From Phoronis australis (lineage: Eukaryota; Animalia; Phoronida): 64,000 nt of DNA. The DNA lies in assembly GCA_002633005.1 (NCBI GenBank), contig NMRA01000030.1:62001-126000 (forward strand), in the 5' to 3' direction. Shown piece by piece: positions 1-12,200 of the stretch (position 1 is its first letter; every line of letters starts with the position of its first letter). The position numbers and the translations under genes were made by a program. The notes under the pieces are model-generated. The model saw only the letters and a program-made list of their open reading frames with translations. It was not told the DNA's origin and searched no databases.

Positions 1-198
1 AGAAACACATTCATTGATCTAAATTAAATTTAAAAGTTAGACCACTTATTATAGATGAATAAGAAAAGAGCAATATGTTCTTCTTTGCTTTCCAAAATTC
101 TCAGATTATTTGGGACTAATTTGCGAAAGATTTTCAGCTACTTTCCTTCTAATTGACGTCACAATTTTTGACATAACTTCGAAATTTGTTTACTGTAG

Positions 199-259
199 CG
201 TACAAGTGCATAGGATTGTGGATGATTATCAGAGAGGTCACAGTGGTTTTTGGATGAGA
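199..259 (+). CDS. SERAC1: Probable upstream SERAC1 exon (VQVHRIVDDYQRGHSGFWMR)
   Basis: tactgtag acceptor and aga|gtaggt donor; phase 0 fits the 876 acceptor; only weak resemblance to the SERAC1 N-terminal region. Confidence 0.5.
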
Positions 260-3200
260 GTAGGTGACACAAAAATGCTTTTTATAAGTCTGCAGAGCTT
301 GTTGCTAAAAACATTTTTATGGTCTACTATACCAGTGAGTACTGTTATCTAAGCAGACTGATAATGTGATGTTTTCTGCAAGATAGTATAAATACAACTT
401 ATTGTCTAATCATTGCCTGGATGTGTTTGTGATGTTCAGGTGTTGATATAGGTGATTATTGGAACATTCTGAATCAGTTTTCTTATAATAATTGTTTCAA
501 TAATGATGGTTAAAAATTTTTTTTTAAAATTTATATCTAATCTGTAGCTTCAATGTTGCAGAACAAAAATCAGATTGAAATGTTTGCCAGCCCCCAAAAT
601 GTGTCCAAATAGAGATAAAGTTGCAGCCGAAACTTTGCAAGGTCAGGTGGTCAGCCGCGGCATAAGTAGCTGAAGACAATGGAGGAGAAAAGTAACTGAT
701 ATTCATCAGATGACTAATAGACAGAGGAATGAAAATCATAAGACAATAGTACACAAATTTGTATCTGGGGTTCCACATAAACTTTTGCTCTGGCGTAATG
801 CTTGATTGTATAATCAGTCAAATATTTTGTTATTTTTAAAAAACACTCTGAACTTAGCAATTGTTTGTTTCTTAGTTTCGTGTGATGCTGCTTAATCTTG
901 TCTTGGTATCACCAGGTGGTAAAGTTGTCAGCAACCCAAATGAAAATGGAGATAATCTGCTACCAGAGACTCCTTTGCACACAGAAGAGCATTCCACCAC
1001 CTTCACCACTGCCAAAGTTGTGAGAGGAAAGACCAATCAAAAGGTCTATATGCCTGCAGGTAGATTTTAATGTCATTTGCCATTTTCATTTACACAATTT
1101 TTTAAAATGTTTTCTCTTGCATCGTGAGCAGATTGTTTTAATACTGTCTTTTAACTAAAATGAGTTGATGTGGTGACAAGTTATGATACAGCTTTTGTTT
1201 GTCAGTTGAGTGGGGTTTGTTTTTGAGCAAAAAGGCTGACCTACAAAACAATGAACACTTAACTGCAAACTTTAAAGCATATCATTTGGTGACAATTTGG
1301 CAGATCTTAAAACATGCAGATGAAATGACATTTCACGACCATGGTGTACAAGACATTAGTGGAATCTATCGTCATAGCAACTGACCATTATGATCATTAA
1401 TGTCGGGATTTTACAGGGAAGTTGCCTAAGGAAAATGCTCTTCCAGAATTTTGTATTTTGCTGGAATTATGGTGGTGATCACGGTGATGGTGTTTCTGGT
1501 TGTATTTGTAATTAACCATCATGAGTGGGGAAACGTGGTTTCTTTTGTCCATCACTGTATCGTAACCACTAGCAGCAAGCAGATGTTGGTGAGCTTTTAA
1601 TTTTCAGTGCAACTCTTCCAACGGTTCAAAGCACATCAGAGTAATGATGCAAGGACGTTGCTTATGTTGTCAAGGTCAGCTGATCCTCGAGTGCACATAG
1701 CCGCTGTGGTTTCAATGGCAAACACGGAGGATTGGACAGGTTTGTAGATGTATTTTTTATTTGTATTATTTCTGCATTCACAAGATAAGACATTTAACAT
1801 TTTCATTTTAGGTTTTTTAGTTCTAAGCTGTATTTCCTAATCACTTTTTCTATGTGTTGGCATGAATTGCTTTTTACTGATACCCAGTGAAGTTGTCTGT
1901 GCAATGGATTCTGGGAGGTAGCCATTAAAAAGTCAAAACTACCAGAGGAGCGTGCGCAGACATTTCAGAATGGAGCTTGCATGAGGTGTAACTTGGTATA
2001 GATTTGTGTACAATTGTGTAAAAACTATGCTCTAGTTAGTAACGTAACTAGAGTGAGAATGGCATCAAAAAGTGGCGCAGTTGGTTTGGTACTAGTCTCT
2101 TCACGTTTTGAAGAGACATTTTCCCAGAAATCTCTGTTGCACGCATACTTTCTGTAGATCTGTAAAATGGTCTTTTGAAAAAATATATTCATTAAGGCCA
2201 AACAAGCATGGCTCTGGGTTTTTTTTTTGAAAATCAAGTTGGCGAAGCAGTATGTTTCAGTTGTTCTCTTTGTCAAGAAAGAAACCCCACCTAAGACGAG
2301 TAAAAATGGTGTGTGATTTTTTGCTCATAAAGTGGCTACTAGTCTTGTTGTTTCAGACATTGCATACTCTTGTCTATATGCCTCTGTGCAGCTTTTTAAG
2401 AAAACACAAATACCTTGCCAGAAGTTGATGCAAGCGAGTGTTTTTGTTTAGTCGCTGATCACAAGTCTCAAAACGATTCAGCCTAAACTACAGAACCAGC
2501 TATGCTTTTTTGGACTAATGTCTATTAATAAAATTGTGATCAGAAGTCAATGATGTGATGGTGTTTGCTGAAACAGGAAAATATTTGGAATTTGGTATCT
2601 CACATCAGATAGTTTATGGGTTGTATGAGAGAGCATAGCCAAAGTATTGTGTATTGTATGAGTATTGTATGAGAGAGCATAGCCAAAGTATTGTGTTTAT
2701 GGGTTGTATGAGAGAGAGCATAGCCAAAGTATTGTGTTTATGGGTTGTATGAGAGAGCATAGCCAAAGTATTGTGTTTATGGTCATTCTACAGATTAGTG
2801 AAGTTTTATTTTGTCACATTTCTCGACAAAAAATTTTAGAAAATTTCAGTCAGCCAATTTTAGCGTGGTTTCTATTGTGATGATGTCATGTGATGATGTC
2901 ATGTGAGGATGTCATTAAGTGTTGTTCAAAGTTTTCATTATTTACAGCATACTTTTGAAGAATTATAGTTTATTAACAATTTTGGCAATTACTTTAAAAT
3001 TTATGTGTGCAAAATTAAGTGCTGTAAAGTTCTTGTGTTTGCTAAATGAGTTGAGTAGTGACCTTGGCTCCCATATCCTCCAATGATTCTGTATGAATGT
3101 AGGTTAAAGTGCTTAAAATCACCAATTTATATAAAAAACAATGATTAGCTGTCACTTTAGGACAACCGCAAACTATCTGACGGTGTGTTGATTAGCTGAT

Positions 3201-6200
3201 CTCGTGTTACAAACATTTGTTGGTCAATGCATTCTCCGTAAAACCGAGACAACCAAACACAGCACGAGTCATCATTTCCAACGTGTTTAGTGTGAAATGT
3301 CATCAAATGCTGCTGTTCATTGTCCTGTGATTTATGGTACAGTGATTGATGTACAGTATAGTAAAGGACGTGCGGTATAGCGAGGGACGTGCGGCACTGT
3401 GAGGGATGTGCGGCACGGTGAGGGATTTGCGGCACGGTGAGGGACGTGCGGTATGTTGAGGGACGTGCGGCACTGTGAGGGACGTGCGGCACAGTGAGGG
3501 ACGTGCGGCACAGTGAGGGACGTGCGGCACGGTGAGGGATGTGCGGCACGGTGAGGGATTTGCGGCACGGTGAGGGACGTGCGGTATGTTGAGGGACGTG
3601 CGGCACTGTGAGGGACGTGCGGCACAGTGAGGGACGTGCGGCACAGTGAGGGACGTGCGGCACGGTGAGGGATGTGCGGCACGGTGAGGGATTTGCGGCA
3701 CGGTGAGGGACGTGCGGTATGTTGAGGGACGTGCGGCACTGTGAGGGACGTGCGGCACAGTGAGGGACGTGCGGCACAGTGAGGGACGTGCGGCACGGTG
3801 AGGGATGTGCGGCACGGTGAGGGATTTGCGGCACGGTGAGGGACGTGCGGTATGTTGAGGGACGTGCGGCACTGTGAGGGACGTGCGGCACAGTGAGGGA
3901 CGTGCGGCACAGTGAGGGACGTGCGGCACGGTGAGGGATGTGCGGCACGGTGAGGGATTTGCGGCACGGTGAGGGACGTGCGGTATGTTGAGGGACGTGC
4001 GGCACTGTGAGGGACGTGCGGCACAGTGAGGGACGTGCGGCACAGTGAGGGACGTGCGGCACGGTGAGGGATGTGCGGCACGGTGAGGGATTTGCGGCAC
4101 GGTGAGGGACGTGCGGTATGTTGAGGGACGTGCGGCACTGTGAGGGACGTGCGGCACAGTGAGGGACGTGCGGCACAGTGAGGGACGTGCGGCACGGTGA
4201 GGGACGTGCGGCACGGTGAGGGATGTGCGGCTTGGTGAGGGACTTGTGGCTTGGTGAGGGACGTGCGGCACGGTGAGGGACATGCGGCATGGTGAGGGAT
4301 GTGCGGCATGGTGAGGGACGTGCGGTATATTGAATGACGTACGGTATAGTAAGGAATGTATGGTATGGTAATGAATGTGCGGTATAGTAAGGGAATCGCA
4401 TTTGTAGTGGTTGCAACAACTTGGTACTTGTCTATGCTGTGACAGTCTTCACTTTCCCACGAGACATGGGAGAAGAAACTCGTGTATTTCTGGACGTGAC
4501 ACACTGGCGCTGGTTACATGATACATCGAATTCGTGTCCATGAAGCTATCAAATTTTCAATTGAAGCCGCTTTTCTTCTATTTTCTCATTCTTGGGATAT
4601 TAAATTCACTCTTGTGATATGCAATGCTATAAAGGAAGTTTTAATGATACTGACAATGTAGTCACTTGTCAGAACAACGTAATTGGTTTTGAGCACTTTA
4701 AACACGGTACAGTTATGGTACAGTTAAACATGATACAGTTTATTTTTCATAAACATTTTTCCAACAGATGCAGATTACCTGTTGGTATCTCAAGCCATTG
4801 ACAAGCAGACTGCTGTTGAATTAGCGCGATACCCTGATGTTGACTTACGGTTCTTCCGCCAGCCACCACCTAAGGCTGTGTCAAAGGTTATTAACATCTC
4901 TTTGTTAATTCTCTTGAAAACAAATTTCAAAATTCATCTAAAGTCTAAAATTTCTTGATATTTTTTCCAAATTCAGAATTTATGTTGGCATTTAAGTGAT
5001 AAGGCAGTATTTAATGTGACAAGAGTACCAACTGGTGCGCAGATACTGCACAGTATCCAGTATCCACCTCTCTATATCCCAAACCCCTGAATGGATCTTT
5101 GGGAGTTTCTGCACATTTGTCATCTTTTGGACTGATTCTACTACGTTGTTCCACATAGTGTCAATTTTTAAATTAGTTCTTTGCACCGGTCTCTTGATGG
5201 ACTTTTATGAAATGCTACAAACATGGAATTTCTGTCAAAACGAGGATGGCACCTACTTATTTCCGGCCAAGGCCCATGTTGGTTTTGCCCTTTAGTGGCA
5301 AATTTACAGTTTAATCAAATGTGTTCCTAGTGAGAATTTCATCACTAACATTGATTTTCAAAGAATTGGGACTTCCTCTAGTGGCAATTTTGTTTGCATC
5401 TGTTTCAATGTCTAACGAATTCACTGAGATGTAACTTTATGATATAAGGTAGCTGCTTTTTTCTATCTGCCCACTTTCAGGCAAATTGTACTGCACCCCT
5501 AGTGACAGTTCCTAGTATTTTGTTTTCTCTGTCTGGCATCCATTTCTCTTCCCGCCAATCTATTAAAGGATTGCCATAAAATATAATTTGCAGATGTGCA
5601 GTTTGGATGACTGATGTTGATTTTAGGACTGAATGAAAATGATGTGATACACGCTAAACATTGAACCAGGGATACACGTACTCAAATCAAAGTTCTAACG
5701 ATGAGGAGAGCTGATCAAATGTAGTTTTCTCAGAAATCTGAGTTGATCACATTTTGTGTTCTGCTCTGTTAAAAGCTAAAGTTTGAAATGGTCAACAAAA
5801 ATACGATTTCAATAATCAAAAATCCGGCAATAACTTCTCGTTTGCCTGATAGTGGTCTTGTGTAAGAGTGAAACATTGCATCTGTTTGTATTAAAGCATT
5901 GTTGAAACAGTTTTTGGTACCTGTGCTGGTTGAAAGGTTTTTGGTTTTAATTTTGGCCAAGAATTAATGATTTCAATTACATTTGTATGGTTACCAAAAT
6001 AATTTTTAGTTGGACTTTTATCGTTTTCCAGTCCACTGCACGTAAGTGGGAGCAACTGAAAGTTATATTGTATCACCTGTCCACTAACGATATGGACCAC
6101 GTGACTAAGTACCTGACTATGAGTGCGCTGGAAGAGGGAAGAAATGAAGAGGTAAACTTGGGAGGACACAGTGTGGTAGTATCATGCGAGTTTTTATTGG

Positions 6201-9200
6201 ATATCACCTTGTGGCAATATCAGATTCTTGGCACGATAACATGATGTGGCTAGGTGACACAGTTCTCTACTGGATATCACGATGTGTCTAGGTCACACAG
6301 TTCTCCACTGGATATCATGATGTGGCTAGGTCACACAGTTCTCCACTGGATAACATGATGTGTCTAGGTCACACAGTTCTCCACTGGATAACATGATGTG
6401 GCTAGGTCACACGGTTCTCCACTGGATATCATGATGTGTCTAGGTCACACAGTTCTCCACTGGTTATCATGATGTGGCTAGGTCACACAGTTCTCCACTG
6501 GATATCATGATGTGTCTAGGTCACACAGTTCTCCACTGGATATCATGATGTGGCTAGGTCACACAGTTCTCCACTGGATATCATGATGTGGCTAGATCAC
6601 ACAGTTCTCCACTGGATATCGTTATATATACCAAGTGCACTGTGTGAAATTACATTTCCTTCATTAGAAAAAGACTGATTATGATAAAACGAATGCTGAG
6701 TGTGGTGAATGTCAAACAAACTGTTGTGGGCTCTATTGTATTCACTATTGTATTCACTATTGTATTCACTATTGTATTCACTTTTTGATTGTTATACAGT
6801 CTGAATAGTTTGGACACAGAAATAATTTAGATTTCGAAGAAGCATTTTTCAAGCTCATTAACATTATCTGCTTGGTTCCATTTTCTCATGAAACATTTCT
6901 TCCAAATTTGTGTCAAAAATTGTTGTTTGAATATTTTTAGAGTGGTGCGTGGTGTTTTGGTGGAGTTAGTTTACGACCAGAAGTGTCACATATTGAAGTC
7001 CCTGCAGAGATGTTGGAGAAACTCTTCTTGGAAGCAATCGCCAGTCATTCTCAAGTGAGAGTTTGTTGTATCAAATATCTGGTGAATAAAGTTAATTGTA
7101 ACATGTTTATCTTGAGTATATTCATGTGAGAATTCAAATTGCGTTAGGATGCATTGTAGTAATAATGAAATTGTGTTAGTATGTATTGTGTAATTTGATA
7201 TTGTTTTAGGATGTATTGTAGTAATAATGATAGTAATAATGATATTGTAGTTATAATGATATTGTATTAGGATGTATTGTTAGTAGTAATAATGATATTG
7301 TGTTAGGATGTATTGTTGTAGTAAAAATGATATTGCGGTAAAATCTCTGCAATTTCGAACCAAAATAATTACTAAAATTGCCCCTTTTGCTTTTTTCAAA
7401 GGTTTCTGATATTGTTGTGAATGGCCACAATTTTTCAAAATATTGTCTGTTAGTAGCTATGTTACAGAACTTGTAAATGGCATGACATCATTCTAATACT
7501 ATTCATTATTGGTGAGAAAATGAGGAATTTTACCTGTCTGCCATATTGTGTCCAAATTTGGTGAGTTTTACCGTACGAGATTTGTTATGAACTGTTTTAT
7601 GGACTTGTTTTACACCATGGGTAATACGCGTGATGTAGGATTTGGGGAAGTGAGGTTGAAGATTTGGCTTGTGTCAACACATTGCACTACTTTAGGAATT
7701 AGTTTTCACATCAAAAATGATGTAGAGAGTTAAGTTGACAATATTCTATGAGAACAGTTGTCTTACACTCTTTTATAAAACAAACAGTCATGTAGCTTTT
7801 AATTTATGTTTAAGATTGCTGTCCACTGTAGACAGATGGTGAAGGAAGGCATTTTACCTGTGTTATACAGAGAGTTCTTAAAGCGGCAGTCGGATGCTAA
7901 ACTATTACGACTCGTTGTTCAGATTGTAGCCAACATATCTTACGTGGATGATCTCCATCATGATTTATTTATGTCAGGTATGTTGTGAACACCTTCATAT
8001 GCTGCTCCACACACGTGAACGTGCGTTTGTGTGTCTGCTCAATATCTCCTGGTCAGATCTTGATGAAATTTGACCGACAGGTGTTAGACATCTTTAAAGG
8101 ACGATGCATGCTCAAGGCTAGAGGGGCACGTTTTTTAGTGTTTTTTGGCAGAAAAGAGTTTCCGAATAGATTTCAATGAAACGTGACATAAATTTATGTG
8201 ATAGCATTGTGCCAGCACCTCACCAGTTGATTTTTGGGCAATTTTCGAATACTGCAAAACCCCTTAGTGGTCATTTTGTGCGAGAAACGATTACCAGATT
8301 TCTAAGAAAACTTAACACAGGTAATGCATCAGAAATGCACTTGTACTAGTCAATTTTTGGCCTGATTTGACTACTGCTTGCGGCAACAAATCTTAGTACC
8401 CATTCCTTTCGTAAATGATGGCAGCTACCAATTATGAGCAGATTTCAGCAAGTGTTGCACTTGTTATGTCATTTTGTTTCCGTCCTTGTGTCTACCAAAC
8501 CTCATCTTTGTTTATGGAAAGAAGTAGGTTAGACTAGTCCTGCTGATGTTTGGATGCCTCGGGTTATGTTCCTTAATGTTTTTATTATTTCTTTGGTGCA
8601 AATGTTGAAACTTTTTAATGTGTTGTTAGATTTAAAAAGAGAAGTACCAAGTTTTTTTGTCAAATCTGAGAATTGCAGCTACCCCTCGTGGTCAAAGTAT
8701 TGCCTGCATGTACCATACATGAAACTGATAAACACCCCTAGAAACAGCATTTGCTGTGGATGCTCATCAACTTTTTGCTCTTGTTATAAATAGACACTAA
8801 CTGGTGCATACAACAGTGTAGGGATTAATGGGATATCCCTTCTCACCTAAACATATCTTCCATCTATAGTGGAGAGGACGATTTCCCACAATTCACTGTG
8901 CATGCAGTCATTTTTTGTAGCTTCCCAATTATGATAAACTGATGTGCCATTTTCTTGAAGTTGTAAAGTATGCAGTAGCCAGATTACTAACTTAAGACTA
9001 TTTTTAGGCTGGATTCGTCCATTGGTGCTATGTTCTAAACATGTTGACCTTGAGGTGGCAACACAAGCCTACAGGTGTCTCTATAATATGGATCGGGTCA
9101 ACGAACAACATAAACTGGACTCTGGAGTGTTTGTGTTGCACCCACAGCAGAGAAATGAGTAAGTCATCCATCAGAACATATGACCTGGTAACTGGACTCA

Positions 9201-12200
9201 AGAATTGTCTTCTTGAGTTTGATTCTGTCCACAAGCAGGCCTACATTATTTTGTTACTTGGTGAAATGAAATTTCTCCAAATCTGTTGCTTTGTCATAAT
9301 TTTTTGTTTCTTTGTGCACACATTACAGACCAACGTGAACTTTACACACCATGTGTGTTTTGTGAATGATTCAAAGCCTTTTATTTGTGGTTAAAATTGC
9401 ATGCAAGTTGGTGCTGTGGCTGCCATTTTTCACTGTTGGGTTTGCTAAGCCAATGATAGCTCTGCTGTTTCTGGTAGAATTTTTCAACTTTTTTCTACGG
9501 ATAGATCATTTCAAGAGCTACCGGAAGTATGACATTTGTTTTTCTCTAGCTGTAACCATTCTCGAATTATTTGAGATTTTCTGAGAACTGGTCTCCAGTT
9601 AATTGAGTTTTTGTGCCTTATCTTCAGCGTCTCTTGGCAGATCTCTCTGAAATTTGATATATGGATAGATCTTTTCAATCGCTATCAGTGTTACGCATAC
9701 GTTCTTGCTATGACTAACTGTTCTCGCGATATTCGATATTTACTCCTTATATGATTGTTCTTTTATTTACTAGTAACTTATTTATAGCTGTACTTTCTTA
9801 GCCTATCATATTTGTGCCAGAGCTCGCATTTTTCGTCTGATCAATATGTTTACATAGTCAATTGCTCAAGGACTTTTCTTTTGGGGTGAAATTGAATGAG
9901 AGATGGTGCTGTGACGGCCATTTTTCGAATAATGTTTGCGGAGCTCTAGCCCCTGATCCTTGACCGAACCTTTTCAAATAAAAACTAATATGTTGGTGAA
10001 ATAGGTATCAGAGTCATTGTTGTTCGTGTTCTTGGTTTCGTCATCAACCTCGCGTTTAAATTTTTAGTCAGTTTCGCCAAGTGTTGCTCAACAGAGCCCT
10101 GTTGTTGATTAGAGTAGATTATCTCATTTTGAACTTAGTAACTCTAACACTTTAAGCTGAAAATTTGAGTTTGAACTTGTCGATTTCGTTCCAGTTTTGA
10201 TGGTCATCACTTGCAGAAACGTAGACTGCTGATGACCATAAGTAACAATACACTGTTGTATTGACAGGAAGCCAGCGTTACCAGTTGCAGACATCATCTT
10301 TATTCATGGATTACTTGGAGGAACGTTCAAGACATGGCGTCAAACACGGTCACCAGCATCTCCAGCTCAATATGTTAATGGCAAAGTAAATGGTGACTCA
10401 GTGTCATTCACCTCAAGTTGGCCTAAGGTAAATTGAATTTCTGGGAAAATAGCATCGTGGTATTTACCAGGGCATGTCCTTCATCTAGTTGCAGGTTAGC
10501 CAAAAACATAAATTATGTCTCAAACCTTTGTGTACCGTGATAAAAAAGGATTTCCATCCCCTGGGACATTGGAAAGTAATCCCCATTGTCAACAAGCTGT
10601 CGGTTTTGACGTGGCTGGGCAACCTTACACCTTCTGGCTGAGGTTAAGTGAAGACCAAACAAGCAGCAACAGTGGTAAATGTGGACACTTGCTCTGAGGA
10701 ATCACTGATAACAGCTTATTATTTAAAATGACTTATTCTTGTTAAAATGAAATTGAATTTCCAGCCTCAAAAGTGGGGCCCTCTTCATCAATATAGGAGC
10801 CTCACCCTATGGGGTCCAAAGAGCAGGGCTCCTAATATAATTTATATCAATATAGAAGGCCCCACTCAAAGGGCCCCTTAGAGTGGGGACTTCTGTATTA
10901 ATGTAGAAGACCCTGCTCGAAGGGCCCTTCAATATAGGGTCCCCACTTTTGCGCACCAAAATTCAATTTCTTGCCCATGTCATTTTAGTAAAAATAAGTC
11001 ATTTTAAATAATAAGCTGTTCCATCCTGGGTAGAAGGTTCAGTGAGATGTCCTGACAAGTTGAAGCAGTGGTGGTTGTGAACACTACATTGCAGACAGTA
11101 ATATAATTAAAGACACAGTATTAGAGTCCCTTTTAATTGCTTTGAGAAGCCTGTTTTGAATGAGCAGCAAACAGGGTCGCACCGCACGTTACACTTGTTT
11201 GTGTGACTTTCCTGTTACCCCCCCTTCATTAGTCATTCTTTGCAGTATTTCACACCCGCCGTGTCTGACTGTGTGTGTTGTCAGCTTATACTCTTTGGTC
11301 CCATTACTGCGTCATTTTATCTTCACTTGAGAATGAAACAAGTATGTTTCGAAATATCGTGTGTCTTTTAATTATGTCGCTAGGTCAGTTTCTGTATCTA
11401 TGTTCAGTGGAGAGTAGAGTTTTGTTCCGAAAGTACAAACGTAACGGAATAAAGACTGTTAACAATGAAAAGTGTCGTGCATTTAACAAATTCTGTATAA
11501 CCGAAAAGACACAGTAGCAAATGAATGTGGATTACATGGCTACGATTGACCAAATGCGTATGACTTGTATGTATGTATGTGTGTAATACTATGTACATGA
11601 CTAATCATGCGATGGAACAGGTTTTCATTGTCTTCTGATATGTTGAAACAAGTTTCTTACTAGAGAGAGGGTGAAAACGTCTAACTCACCAGACTCTCAA
11701 TGTTTTTCAGTAAATGATTTACCTATTATTGAACATGTATAATCATGTTTATTTATTTATTGTGATTTTTAAATGAGGGTGTCCCCTTCAGTGATAGCAC
11801 TGCTTTTTTGTGTATGTGAGGGTTCTCATGAGTTTCAAATCAAGCATTTTGTGCTTTAGTTCCAACCTACGTGGCCTGCTCATGTCCGATTGAACTCAGA
11901 CATCGTATGCCCTACAATCTTTTTTGTCAATTTTGATGCGATTCATTTTATCCTGCCTCTCACCAATCGCCCTTCACACGGTATATTTGCTATATTCCAG
12001 GACTGGTTACCCAAGGACTTTCACAATGTGCGTATCCTGGCAGTAGATTATGACTCACACTTATCCACCTGGTCACCAACATCTCAGTATCAACCAGAAA
12101 AGTGAGTTGGTTTTCTAGTTTTATTATACACCGCAAGGTGGCCTGCCTGCAGTTGTTTGTCTAATTAATTTGAAATTCATCAAAATATTCTGCGCTCTCC

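Noticed and set aside
3157-4504. Three long - strand ORFs (326-420 aa)
   Set aside because: All are translations of the same 19-bp minisatellite in an intron; open only because that strand lacks stop codons.
6235-6620. CRISPR-like 38-bp repeats
   Set aside because: Contiguous tandem units with no spacers, no cas genes, eukaryotic intron.
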